DNA from: Patescibacteria group bacterium UBA926
GTDB lineage: Bacteria; Patescibacteriota; Doudnabacteria; UBA920
Length of the DNA: 64,000 nucleotides
Assembly (NCBI GenBank): GCA_002293685.1
Contig: DBDS01000006.1
Coordinates: 108,867-172,866, forward strand
Direction: 5' to 3'
Notes under the pieces: model-generated
The model's input: the letters and a program-made list of their open reading frames with translations, nothing else
The model's database searches: none
Told to the model about the DNA's origin: nothing
Position numbers and translations under genes: made by a program
In this document: positions 44,543 to 54,966 of the stretch, piece after piece
Layout: every line of letters begins with the position of its first letter
Numbering within the stretch: the stretch's first letter is position 1

Positions 44543-46309
44543 ATGAATACATCTAATCAAATTAATTTCTTCGCTAAAACCAATTTCCGCAACCAGCAAG
44601 TTCCTTTTGGTATAAAACCAGATGACCGACGCCGTCACATGTATGTGATAGGTAAAACTGGTATGGGAAAAACAACCATGATGGAAAACATGGTTATTCA
44701 GGATATTCGCAACGGAAATGGAGTCTGTTTTATTGATCCGCACGGAGATTCAATTCAAAAAATATTGGATTATGTTCCCCAAAGTCGGATTAATGATGTT
44801 GTGTATTTCAATCCAGCCGATTTAGATCACCCAATTGCATTTAATATTTTGGAATCAGTTGAATCACGATACAAGCATTTAGTTGCTTCTGGCTTAATGG
44901 GTGTATTCACCAAAATTTGGGCTAGTATGTGGTCAAGTCGTATGGAGTACATTTTAAATAACACTATTTTGGCGCTTTTGGATAGCCCTGGCAATACAAT
45001 GCTTGGAATCGTGCGTATGTATGTGGATAAAAAATATCGTAAGAAAATCGTGGATAATATTAAAGATCCAATGGTAAAAGCTTTTTGGATTGAAGAATTT
45101 GCCAATTACGCAGAAAAATATCGAACGGAAGCTGTAGCTCCTATCCAAAACAAAGTTGGTCAGTTCTTATCCTCTTCTATTATCCGAAATATTGTTGGTC
45201 AACCAAAGTCTACAATAGATTTACGCGACATTATGGATAACAACAAAATTCTATTATTGGATTTATCAAAAGGTAAAGTTGGTGAAGATAACTCCTCTTT
45301 GCTTGGTGCGATGATAATTACTAAACTCCAACTCGCCGCATTATCCCGTGTGGATATTCCAGAACAAGAACGTAAAGACTTTTATTTATACGTCGATGAG
45401 TTCCAAAATTTTGTTACCGACAGTTTTGCAACAATTCTATCCGAAGCCCGTAAATATCGATTAAATTTGACTATGGGCCATCAATATATTGGCCAACTCA
45501 CGCCAGAAAATAACACCAAAGTTCGCGACGCCGTTTTTGGTAACGTGGGAACTATGGTTGTATTCAGAGTTGGTGCGGCTGATGCCGAGTTCTTAGAGAC
45601 CGAATTTGAACCAGCATTCACCCCAAACGACATTGTTAATCTTCCAAAATATCACGTTGTGTTGAGACTTATGATTAACGGTGTGGCTAGCGATCCGTTT
45701 ACTGCAGTGACAATTCCTGTTAATGAGGAGTGGTTTGTAGGTGACGGGGAGAAGGTCATTAAAGTATCTCGGGAACGTTACGCTAAACCACGTGATCAGG
45801 TTGAAGATAAAATTCAACGTTGGATGGGTGTAGATTTTCATGAAGCTTCGGCTGAGGCGCATAGCAATGAAACAGGTGAAAGTTCGGTAGCCCGTGCTAA
45901 ATTTGATCAATCAGTACCTCATAAAGAATCTCTGTCTATCCCTGCCAAGCAAACATCGACACCACAAATCGCAAAACCCAAAATTCAAATTGCCTCCGAT
46001 TATTTAGATCGTATCAGCAAACCTCAAGGAGATAACCGAACGAAGCAAAACAACAAGCCAACGGCGCAAGAGTCTCATAATAAACTAAATAAACAGCAGA
46101 AACCAAATCAAAAACCTAAGCCGATTAATGATATTTGGACTAAAGCCCAAGATTTGCAACAATCTAAAACCCAGGCTTTGGCTGAAAATTTTTCTAGTGC
46201 AATCGAAACAGCTTTTTTGCCAGAAAAGCCACTAAATAAACCTAAACAACAACTTAAGCCGGACGATGATAGTGTGATACTAAAACCAGGGGAGATTTAT
46301 GAATTATAA
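44543..46309 (+). CDS. VirD4/TraG/TraD-like (DUF87-type) P-loop ATPase with disordered Q/K/P-rich tail
   Basis: Walker A GKTGMGKTT, Walker B FYLYVDEFQNF, ARKYRLNLTMGHQ arginine-finger region. C-terminal ~130 aa low complexity. Confidence 0.55.
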   Translation: MNTSNQINFFAKTNFRNQQVPFGIKPDDRRRHMYVIGKTGMGKTTMMENMVIQDIRNGNGVCFIDPHGDSIQKILDYVPQSRINDVVYFNPADLDHPIAFNILESVESRYKHLVASGLMGVFTKIWASMWSSRMEYILNNTILALLDSPGNTMLGIVRMYVDKKYRKKIVDNIKDPMVKAFWIEEFANYAEKYRTEAVAPIQNKVGQFLSSSIIRNIVGQPKSTIDLRDIMDNNKILLLDLSKGKVGEDNSSLLGAMIITKLQLAALSRVDIPEQERKDFYLYVDEFQNFVTDSFATILSEARKYRLNLTMGHQYIGQLTPENNTKVRDAVFGNVGTMVVFRVGAADAEFLETEFEPAFTPNDIVNLPKYHVVLRLMINGVASDPFTAVTIPVNEEWFVGDGEKVIKVSRERYAKPRDQVEDKIQRWMGVDFHEASAEAHSNETGESSVARAKFDQSVPHKESLSIPAKQTSTPQIAKPKIQIASDYLDRISKPQGDNRTKQNNKPTAQESHNKLNKQQKPNQKPKPINDIWTKAQDLQQSKTQALAENFSSAIETAFLPEKPLNKPKQQLKPDDDSVILKPGEIYEL

Positions 46310-46333
46310 AACCGCCAGAAAGGCGGTTTTAGT

Positions 46334-46654
46334 TTAGATATGCTTTGTAATTTCAGCTTCAATTGTTGGTTTTGGTGCCGCACCAACGATTTCACCAACG
46401 ATTTCACCTGCTTTGAAAAACTTCATGGTTGGAATGCTCATAACTCCGTATTGCTGTGCTAATTCTGGTTCGTCATCCACGTTAACTTTCGCAACCTTCA
46501 ATTTTCCTTGATATTCGGTGGATAATTCGGCAACGATTGGGCCAAGTACTTTACATGGACCACACCATTCTGCCCAGAAATCAACCAGAACTGGAATTTC
46601 AGAACGAAGGACCTCAGTCTCAAAGTTATCTTTAGATAGTTTTACTTCACTCAT
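46334..46654 (-). CDS. trxA: thioredoxin
   Basis: WCGPCK active site, 106 aa. Confidence 0.9.
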   Translation of the reverse strand: MSEVKLSKDNFETEVLRSEIPVLVDFWAEWCGPCKVLGPIVAELSTEYQGKLKVAKVNVDDEPELAQQYGVMSIPTMKFFKAGEIVGEIVGAAPKPTIEAEITKHI

Positions 46655-46747
46655 AATTGAATTTAATTATTACCTTATAATCTTAACTAAATGAGTATTT
46701 AGTGTCAATCGGTTGCCAGAAGTTCCCCTAACCATTATAGTTAGGTT

Positions 46748-47656
46748 ATGAATAAGTTCTTGAAACGCATCATAATGCTCTCCTTGTTTGGGACGGTTTT
46801 TTATTTTGGTTCCGTTGGGGTAATTCGTCCTGCACTTGCACCTACTGCAGATATTAAAATCCTTGGAGCATCGATTTCTGAACAAGAATTAATTGATAAT
46901 TTTATTAGTTTTGATTTATCACTAGAAAAAGATTTAGGAATACTTGCAGCTAGCTACATGGTGTCTGACTTAGAATCAGGTCAGGTAATTTCTGGAAAGC
47001 AACTTGATTCATCTTTGCCGGTTGCAAGTTTAACCAAACTTATGACGGTTTGGACAGTGCTTAAACACACCGAATCTGATGAAATTGTTACAATTCCCAA
47101 TACTAGATTTGAGACTACAAGTCCAAGCCTTGGCTTATCTATAGGAGATAAAGTCAAAGTAAAAGATCTTATCACTTCTGCAATAGTTGGTTCTAGTAAC
47201 GATGCTGCTAGTGTTTTAGCTTTCCATGTATCTGAAAAAGTTGATTTACCTTTTGGAGAATTGATGAACCAGGAAGCTAATAATTTAGGAATGAAGAACT
47301 CACGATTTAGTAATCCAATGGGTTTTGATAGCACAGCGAATTATTCAAGTGCTAAGGATTTACAAATACTTGTAAAGAAGCTTGATGAAGCAAATGTTTT
47401 TGATTTCACGAGTCGCGCACAAAGCTATTCATTCCAAAGTGAGTCAGGAAAAAGTTATCAAACCTCTGCCACCAATAAATTAATCAACCAATACCAAAAT
47501 CTGTACGCTATAAAAACCGGTTTCACCAATATCGCACTAGGAAGCATGATCAACGTTGTAGAAACAAGTGGTAGAAAGTACTTATTAATTGTTATTGGAA
47601 GTCCAGATCGAGAAGCTGATACCTTGAAGTTACGTCAGGATATCATGTCCCGTTAA
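46748..47656 (+). CDS. dacA: D-alanyl-D-alanine carboxypeptidase (S11, PBP5-like)
   Basis: SLTK (SxxK), SSN and KTG motifs. N-terminal signal/TM. Confidence 0.75.
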   Translation: MNKFLKRIIMLSLFGTVFYFGSVGVIRPALAPTADIKILGASISEQELIDNFISFDLSLEKDLGILAASYMVSDLESGQVISGKQLDSSLPVASLTKLMTVWTVLKHTESDEIVTIPNTRFETTSPSLGLSIGDKVKVKDLITSAIVGSSNDAASVLAFHVSEKVDLPFGELMNQEANNLGMKNSRFSNPMGFDSTANYSSAKDLQILVKKLDEANVFDFTSRAQSYSFQSESGKSYQTSATNKLINQYQNLYAIKTGFTNIALGSMINVVETSGRKYLLIVIGSPDREADTLKLRQDIMSR

Positions 47657-47717
47657 ACAAGGTTAATCAATAAAGCAACCACCCAGTGGTTGCTTTAAAT
47701 ATGGTATAATAAATACA

Positions 47718-48758
47718 ATGATAACCGAATTATTGATCAAAATTTTTAGCTTAACTATCATAGGTTTTTTGTTTGCGATTGCCATAACACCGCTTTGGAC
47801 AAAGTTGCTGTTTAAATACCGTTTAGGCAAACAGATCCGTAATGATGGTTCCACTCCCTTATATTCAGAGCTGCATGGTAGCAAAGCTGGTACTCCAACT
47901 ATGGGTGGAGTAATAGTTTGGGGAACTGTTGTAATTTTAGCTTTCACTTTTTGGTTTTTAGATAGAGTTATTGGTATTGAGCAATTCCATGTTTTAAACT
48001 TTTTAACAAGAAAAGAAACTTTATTACCACTCGGTGCATTACTTGGAGCTGCCGTTGTTGGGTTAATGGACGACTACTTAGATATTCGCAGACTAGGTCA
48101 TAAAGGTCGAGGCTTTAGATTTAGATTTAAAATAATCCTTTACACTGCTGTCGCAATGATTGGAGCTTGGTGGTTTTACTTCAAGCTTGGCTTCGACTTT
48201 GTGAACATCCCTTTTTACGGTGATATTATTATTGGTTGGTGGTTCATCCCATTTTTCTTACTAGTCACTATTGGAACTAGCTTTGCAGTCAATCAGACAG
48301 ATGGATTGGATGGGTTAGCTGGTGGCGTGTTATTGGTTGCTTTTGTCTGTTTTGCTGTAATTTCCTTTATGCAAGGACGTGATGATTTAACTGCACTGCT
48401 TGGCGTCGTGTCAGGTGCTTTACTAGCATTTCTCTGGTTTAATGTCTATCCGGCCAGATTTTTTATGGGGGACACTGGTTCAATGGGTCTAGGAGTATTA
48501 CTGGCGATAGTAGCCTTTTTAACTAATAGTGTATTACTTCTGCCATTGATTGGATTAATTTTTGTAATCGAAGCAGGAAGTTTCTTTATTCAAATGTTTT
48601 GGCGGGTGGTGTTCAAGAAAAAGTTTTTTTTATCAGCACCAATACATCATCATCTTGAAGCATTGGGTTGGCCAGAAGCAAAAGTTACAATGCGGTTTTG
48701 GATTCTTTCATCTATAGCCGGAATTATGTCGATTATTATTTTTTTTCTTGCAAGATAA
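47718..48758 (+). CDS. mraY: phospho-N-acetylmuramoyl-pentapeptide transferase MraY
   Basis: GKQIRNDGSTPLYSELHGSKAGTPTMGG and polytopic TM. Confidence 0.9.
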   Translation: MITELLIKIFSLTIIGFLFAIAITPLWTKLLFKYRLGKQIRNDGSTPLYSELHGSKAGTPTMGGVIVWGTVVILAFTFWFLDRVIGIEQFHVLNFLTRKETLLPLGALLGAAVVGLMDDYLDIRRLGHKGRGFRFRFKIILYTAVAMIGAWWFYFKLGFDFVNIPFYGDIIIGWWFIPFFLLVTIGTSFAVNQTDGLDGLAGGVLLVAFVCFAVISFMQGRDDLTALLGVVSGALLAFLWFNVYPARFFMGDTGSMGLGVLLAIVAFLTNSVLLLPLIGLIFVIEAGSFFIQMFWRVVFKKKFFLSAPIHHHLEALGWPEAKVTMRFWILSSIAGIMSIIIFFLAR

Positions 48759-50320
48759 TGTACCAACTCCTAATTAAAAATGCGAATATTATAGATGGTA
48801 GTGGGAAAAAGCCATTTATAGGTGATGTGGCAATCGAAAGTGGGAAAATTGTTTCAGTTCAAGCAACTATAAGTACATCAGCTAAAACTACAGTTGATGC
48901 TAAAAAAATGGTTTTAGCACCCGGTTTCATAGATAGCCAAAACCATTCAGATAGCTATTGGCAATTATTTTCCAACCCAGGATTGCATAGCTTAATCGCT
49001 CAGGGCTATACAACTTTACTTGTCGGGAGTTCAGGAACCAGTCTTGCACCTTTAATTTCAAACGAAAGCTTGCGTAGTGTTCAAAAGTGGCAATCAACCA
49101 GTGGATTAAATGTTAACTGGCGGAGCTTCAAGGAATACACCGATCAATTATCCATAATGAAGTTTGGCAGTAATATCGTAAGCTTAGTTGGGTACTCAAC
49201 TATCAGACGCGGATTATTAGGCGATAGCATTCATCCACCAACTCAGGCTGAGCTGGAAACGTTGCTCAGTGTTTTAGATACAAGTTTTCAGGAAGGTGCT
49301 GTTGGAGTTTCTGTTGGACTTCAATATTCTCACGAATTGAATATCACAGACGTTGAGTTAGTTGCTATCGCTGAGCTTTGCGCCAAACGCGGCAAACTTT
49401 TAGCTGCTAGTTTGAGGAATGAAGATGTAAATGTGATTAACAGTGCGCGTGAGTTAACAGCGCTCGCTGAACAAACGGGTGTTAATCTAAAAGTCTCTCA
49501 TTTAAAAATTCGCCATAAATCAAATTGGCCGCTACTTACAGAGTTATTAGACAGTTTCGAGTCAGCCTATCACCGCGGTGCAAAAGTCCACTTCGATTGC
49601 TATCCCTATACATATACTTGGCAGCCATTGTACACGTTTCTTCCTAATTGGAGTCTTGAGGGTGGACGTACTCATTTATTAGAAAGGTTAAATAATGAAG
49701 AAACCCGTAAACGAATTTTGTCTTCATTAACAAATCATCCAGCAAATCTTGCTGCGCTAATAATTGCTTCTACCGCAAATGGTTTAAAAGTTAACGGAAA
49801 AACCATTTCTCAAATTGCTCAGAGTATGTCCATGACTAGTGAAGAAGCAATTTTGAATTTAATCAAGAATGGTGGAGCAACTACCTTGGTATTTGATGAA
49901 AGTTTAGATATGGGAACGGTTATGATTTTGTGCAACCATTCACTTTCATTTATAGGTACAAATGGTGGTGGTTTTGATTTGCCTCATGGTGACAAATTAG
50001 TTCACCCTCGGAGTTTTGGTACTGCACCAAAATTCCTAAGACAAGTTATCGACAGTAAATCGATTAGCTTAGAGGAGGGGATTGCAAAACTCACAAGTCG
50101 GGTTGCAAAAACAATTGGTTTAAAAAGTAAAGGACTGATTGCAAGTGAATATGATGCAGACTTAGTACTTTTTGATCCTACCAAAATTGATTCAAAAGCT
50201 TCAGTAGCAAATCCATATCAATTTCCGATAGGAATAGAAGGTGTTTGGATCAACGGCGAAAAGGTTGTTCAAAAAGGAGTCCCGACAGGAACATTAGAAG
50301 GGAAATATCTAAAATCATGA
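48758..50320 (+). CDS. amidohydrolase-family protein (D-aminoacylase-like)
   Basis: ATG overlapping the mraY stop (TAATG). APGFIDSQNHSD N-terminal metal-site region where the usual first His is Gln. Confidence 0.55.
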   Translation: MYQLLIKNANIIDGSGKKPFIGDVAIESGKIVSVQATISTSAKTTVDAKKMVLAPGFIDSQNHSDSYWQLFSNPGLHSLIAQGYTTLLVGSSGTSLAPLISNESLRSVQKWQSTSGLNVNWRSFKEYTDQLSIMKFGSNIVSLVGYSTIRRGLLGDSIHPPTQAELETLLSVLDTSFQEGAVGVSVGLQYSHELNITDVELVAIAELCAKRGKLLAASLRNEDVNVINSARELTALAEQTGVNLKVSHLKIRHKSNWPLLTELLDSFESAYHRGAKVHFDCYPYTYTWQPLYTFLPNWSLEGGRTHLLERLNNEETRKRILSSLTNHPANLAALIIASTANGLKVNGKTISQIAQSMSMTSEEAILNLIKNGGATTLVFDESLDMGTVMILCNHSLSFIGTNGGGFDLPHGDKLVHPRSFGTAPKFLRQVIDSKSISLEEGIAKLTSRVAKTIGLKSKGLIASEYDADLVLFDPTKIDSKASVANPYQFPIGIEGVWINGEKVVQKGVPTGTLEGKYLKS

Positions 50321-51714
50321 CAATTAATGAATTAAAATCAAAAAAAGTTGGGGTCTTAGGATTTGGCCATGAAGGTCAAGCGTTGGTTCGATATCTATCA
50401 AAGCACCAAATTCCTATAAACGTTTTTGATAAGAAAACCCAATCTGAAATGAACGCGAATCAATTGTCCATAATAGCGGAGCACAAATTCCAAACCTTCC
50501 TCGGTGAAAACTATTTAGACAACCTCGGCGAAATGGAGGTGGTGTTTAAAAGTCCTGGGATAAATTTATCCGATCAAATTAAACAAACTTTAAAAGAAAA
50601 GGAAATTTTCTTAACCAGCCAAACGGCTTGGTTTTTTAAGCACTGCCCTTCAAAAATTATTGGAATAACTGGAACCAAAGGCAAAGGAACAACTTCAAGT
50701 TTATTATTCGAGATATTAAAGGCAAGTCAATTTCCACATAAAGTTTATATAACTGGCAATATAGGGAAGGACTCACCATTAGACTTTCTAGACCAAACTA
50801 CTCCTGAAGATTTGATTGTTTTCGAGCTGTCTAGTTTCCAATTAGAAGGATTACAACAAAGTCCTAATATTGGAATTTGCCTTATGGTCACAGAAGATCA
50901 TTTAGACTACCATCCAGATTTAGAAAGTTACCATAAAGCTAAAGAAGCTATTACTAAGTTCCAAACTGAAAATGATATAGCAATTTATAACATCGATTAC
51001 CTAGCAAGCAAGCATATAGGGGAATTGGGGGACGGGAAAAAATATGAGATTTCAAAATCAGATGCGATTTCTCTTGGAGCTAGAATTGATCTACAAACAG
51101 AGCAAATCGTAATCACAACTGAATCTAGCCAAATAAGCATTGAAACTAAGCCTAGAATTATTCGCGGGAAACATAATTTAGAAAATATTGCTGCGGCAAG
51201 TTTGGCTGCAACTTTACTTGGTGTTGATAGTAAAATTCTTACACATACAATTCAAAGTTTTTCTGGGCTTCCTCATAGGCTAGAACTAGTGGGAGAGTTT
51301 CATAATGTAAAGTTCTATGACGACTCAATTGCGACCAATCCAGACACTGCCTTGGCCGGACTTACTTCATTCACAGAACCTGTCATCTTACTACTTGGCG
51401 GTGCAAATAAAGGATTAGATTATACAAATTTTTTAACTCAAGTGTCCCAAAGTCAAAATCTTAAAGCTATCATTTGTTTCGGACAGGTTGGTGAATTATT
51501 ATTCAGTGCTTTGACTAAGTTAGGTTTTCAAAAAACTTTGAACGGTCCGTTTATGAGTTTTGATGAAGCTGTAAAATCAGCTATTTCAATTTCAGATACA
51601 GGCGATATAATTTTACTCAGCCCCGCTGCAACTTCTTTTGATATGTTTAATAGTTACGCTGAGCGTGGAGATGCATTTAAAGAACTGATTAGAAGTCATT
51701 ATGCCCAAAACTAA
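50317..51714 (+). CDS. murD: UDP-N-acetylmuramoylalanine--D-glutamate ligase MurD
   Basis: ATGA overlap with previous gene. GITGTKGKGTTS P-loop. mraY-murD-ftsW order. Confidence 0.75.
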   Translation: MTINELKSKKVGVLGFGHEGQALVRYLSKHQIPINVFDKKTQSEMNANQLSIIAEHKFQTFLGENYLDNLGEMEVVFKSPGINLSDQIKQTLKEKEIFLTSQTAWFFKHCPSKIIGITGTKGKGTTSSLLFEILKASQFPHKVYITGNIGKDSPLDFLDQTTPEDLIVFELSSFQLEGLQQSPNIGICLMVTEDHLDYHPDLESYHKAKEAITKFQTENDIAIYNIDYLASKHIGELGDGKKYEISKSDAISLGARIDLQTEQIVITTESSQISIETKPRIIRGKHNLENIAAASLAATLLGVDSKILTHTIQSFSGLPHRLELVGEFHNVKFYDDSIATNPDTALAGLTSFTEPVILLLGGANKGLDYTNFLTQVSQSQNLKAIICFGQVGELLFSALTKLGFQKTLNGPFMSFDEAVKSAISISDTGDIILLSPAATSFDMFNSYAERGDAFKELIRSHYAQN

Positions 51715-52816
51715 ACACAATTTCGATTATGTTTTACTTATACTTACAGCAATTTTACTTGTGACTGGCTTAGCTGTGCTTTGGTCTGCTTCTACAGCTG
51801 TAGCTAAACAAACTTTTGGAGACACCAACTATTTTATCATTCACCAATTAACCCGTGGGGTCTTAATTGGTTTGATTGCGATGTGGTTTTTCTCAAAATT
51901 TGACTACCATAAACTAAAGATCTTTGCACCTGCATTAATAATCCTTGCATTTGTTTTACTATTAGCGTTATTTATTCCTGGAGTCGGATTCACAGCTAAT
52001 GGTTCTACTAGTTGGCTGGATTTTGGAATCGCTCTTTTTCAACCTAGCGAGTTTGCCAAACTAGCACTAATCGTATATTTAGCAGCTTGGACTGGAAATC
52101 ATGCTAGGTATAGTAATTCAAGATTTTGGAGTTCATTTTTTCCTCCACTGGTAATAACAGGATTGCTAACTGGTTTAGTGGTAGCACAACCCGACTTAGG
52201 AACAGCTTTAGCAATTGTTTTTATTGCAGGAATTATGTTCTTTGTTGGAGGTGCGAGATTGAAATATCTGCTTTGGACTGGTGTGGGAGGCCTTCTTTTG
52301 ACCATAGGCTTTATTATTTTTGAGCCATACCGAATGAGAAGAATTACAGCGTTCTTAGATCCAAGTTCCGATGCGCTGGGTATAAGTTATCAAATAAACC
52401 AAGCATTGATAGCAATAGGAAGTGGTGGCTTATTTGGTTACGGTTATGGGTTATCAAGGCAGAAACATTTCTACCTACCTGAAGCCATTAATGATTCTAT
52501 TTTTGCGGTTATGGCTGAAGAACTAGGATTTATTAGGGTTGCATTAATCTTAATAGTCTTTTCATGGTTCATATTTAGAGGTCTCCAAATAAGTCTAAAT
52601 GCAGCAGATTCTTTTGGTAAAATGTTAGCAATTGGTATTTCCGGATATTTTGCAGTTGGATTGCTTATTAATGTTGGTGCAATTTTAGGACTAATCCCCT
52701 TAACAGGAATAGCTCTCCCACTTTTTAGTTATGGTAGTAGCTCGATGATAGTAAGTTTAATTGGTATTGGAATTCTGTTAAATATTTCTAAACAACACCG
52801 TCCCCAAAACGATTGA
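51701..52816 (+). CDS. ftsW: SEDS-family peptidoglycan glycosyltransferase FtsW/RodA
   Basis: 10-TM SEDS topology. Position after murD. Confidence 0.8.
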   Translation: MPKTKHNFDYVLLILTAILLVTGLAVLWSASTAVAKQTFGDTNYFIIHQLTRGVLIGLIAMWFFSKFDYHKLKIFAPALIILAFVLLLALFIPGVGFTANGSTSWLDFGIALFQPSEFAKLALIVYLAAWTGNHARYSNSRFWSSFFPPLVITGLLTGLVVAQPDLGTALAIVFIAGIMFFVGGARLKYLLWTGVGGLLLTIGFIIFEPYRMRRITAFLDPSSDALGISYQINQALIAIGSGGLFGYGYGLSRQKHFYLPEAINDSIFAVMAEELGFIRVALILIVFSWFIFRGLQISLNAADSFGKMLAIGISGYFAVGLLINVGAILGLIPLTGIALPLFSYGSSSMIVSLIGIGILLNISKQHRPQND

Positions 52817-52817
52817 T

Positions 52818-54965
52818 ATGAAAAAACGTTCACTTAAAATTTTATTACATCACAATATTGAAGATTCGGTTGATGTAGCTGGTCAAAAGTCTAAGCACAA
52901 ATTCTGGAAAAGGATGATTTTTGGATTACTTAACTTTTTCACAAAGTTTAGCTATCTTATCGGTTTAACAATTTTTGGGATTATATCATTTCCACTAACT
53001 ATAAAGAAATTGGTTTTTTCCAAAGACGAACTTTTTATAATCCAAAAAAAGAAATTAGCAATTTTTGCTCTAATATTATTATTTGCAGCAACTCCAGTGT
53101 TCATGCTTTCAGTAGCTTCTGAAGGATGGAAATTAGGTGGTCGAGTTCTTGGGGTCAGTGATGAAGCTCTTTCAGACATCACGCTAGCACGACAAGCAAT
53201 TTCAAATGAAGACTATGAACTAGCTCAAGTAAGTTTTGCTGGGGCTTTAGAAAAGCTTGTTTTAGTCCAAAACGAGCTCAACTCATCTAGTACTAGCATT
53301 AGAGCAGCTAGTAGTTTTGCACCAGCTAGTTTAAACACAGATAATTTTTTACGCTCCGCAACACTTTTAACTGAAAGTGGGATATTGGCATCTCGTCTGA
53401 TGGCTGAGGTATCAAATTTAACTTTCACTCCTCAAGGAATTAGCTCAAAAAACCAGGATACAAAAGTAGCGATTTCAAAACTAACAGAGACTAGTCTTGA
53501 ATTGAATTCAAAATTACACGAAGCTGAACGATTACTTAAACCAATTAATACAAGTTTATTCCCAGCCGAGTATCAACTTGCAATTAATACTACAAAGGAT
53601 TTATTGTCCGAAACTATAATTCAAAGCTCACAGTTGTCAGATATGTTAGTACTACTAAACGATTTTACTATCGGGACAAAGTCTTTCTTGGTAGTTTTGC
53701 AAAATAATAATGAACTTAGAGCGACTGGTGGTTTTATTGGTACAATTGCCCAGGGTAGAATTTCTGATGGTGTTATAAACAATCTAGATATCAGAAGCGT
53801 TTACGATTTAGATGGACAGATTTTAGATTGGATTAAACCACCAAGTCCACTGCAAGCAGTGAATAGCAGAATGTTTTTAAGGGACAGTAATTGGTTTGCT
53901 AGTTTTCCAGAATCAGCAGAGCGTTTGTCTATAATGTACGAAAAGAGTGGGGGAGAAACTCCGGATTTAATCATGGCATTTACCCCTGAATTATTTTTAG
54001 ATTTTCTTAGGTTGACTGGTCCGATTGAGTTACCAACTTACAATGTAATAATCACTGCTGAAAATTTTATTGAACAAACCCAAACAACAACATCAATTTC
54101 ATACGATAAAAACTTAAATCAACCTAAACAATTATTGGCAGATTTATACCCAGCCTTAATGCAAAGACTTGGCGAACTAACAAAGAACGATCCTTTGTTG
54201 TTTATTTCAATCCTTCAAAAAAGTCTGTCTGATAAGAATATTTTGCTTTATTCACGAAACAGTTCTTTACAATCAAGATTTGAGCAATACAACTGGGCTG
54301 GAAAAGTCTTGGAATCAGATGGAGACTACTTACAAATAATTAGTTCAAATCTCTCTGGGAGTAAAACTGATAGGGATCTAAATCGATCAGCAATACTATC
54401 AACTACAATAGACGAAGATGGAAATGTGTTGAATCAACTAACCTATACAATCAATAATCCACTTCCTGCTGTGGAAGGATTAACCAATCGAAGTTGGATT
54501 AGAATCATGGTTCCTCAAAATAGCAAACTCTTAGGTTCAAGTGGATTTACTAATTTCACTCCAGAAAATTTGCCTACTGACAAGCTATATAATGAAAGTC
54601 CGGCGATTAGTGCTTGGGAGTCTGAACTAAAATTTGATCAGTCAAACCAGATATATATTGGCAAGGAAGCTGGAAAGCAATATTTTGCGAATTGGCTAGA
54701 AGTTCCTGGTGGAGAAACTAGAACTATATCAGTTACGTATCAACTACCAAAAAAGCTGTCCGGAAAAATTAGTAATTACCGTTTGCTTTGGCAAAAGCAA
54801 AGTGGCATGCTCCCATTTCCAGTCGAACAGAGATTTAAATTTGAATCTCGTATCCCAAAATGGAGTAATTTTGAATTGCGTAGCTCAAATGATTCATCCT
54901 ATCAATGGCTCTGGCAGTCACAACTTACTACTGATAAATTTACTGGTGTAGTGCTTACAAAATAA
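52818..54965 (+). CDS. DUF4012-domain envelope protein
   Basis: N-terminal TM. Central NNELRATGGFIGTIAQGRI block typical of DUF4012. 715 aa. Confidence 0.55.
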   Translation: MKKRSLKILLHHNIEDSVDVAGQKSKHKFWKRMIFGLLNFFTKFSYLIGLTIFGIISFPLTIKKLVFSKDELFIIQKKKLAIFALILLFAATPVFMLSVASEGWKLGGRVLGVSDEALSDITLARQAISNEDYELAQVSFAGALEKLVLVQNELNSSSTSIRAASSFAPASLNTDNFLRSATLLTESGILASRLMAEVSNLTFTPQGISSKNQDTKVAISKLTETSLELNSKLHEAERLLKPINTSLFPAEYQLAINTTKDLLSETIIQSSQLSDMLVLLNDFTIGTKSFLVVLQNNNELRATGGFIGTIAQGRISDGVINNLDIRSVYDLDGQILDWIKPPSPLQAVNSRMFLRDSNWFASFPESAERLSIMYEKSGGETPDLIMAFTPELFLDFLRLTGPIELPTYNVIITAENFIEQTQTTTSISYDKNLNQPKQLLADLYPALMQRLGELTKNDPLLFISILQKSLSDKNILLYSRNSSLQSRFEQYNWAGKVLESDGDYLQIISSNLSGSKTDRDLNRSAILSTTIDEDGNVLNQLTYTINNPLPAVEGLTNRSWIRIMVPQNSKLLGSSGFTNFTPENLPTDKLYNESPAISAWESELKFDQSNQIYIGKEAGKQYFANWLEVPGGETRTISVTYQLPKKLSGKISNYRLLWQKQSGMLPFPVEQRFKFESRIPKWSNFELRSSNDSSYQWLWQSQLTTDKFTGVVLTK

Positions 54966-54966
54966 T

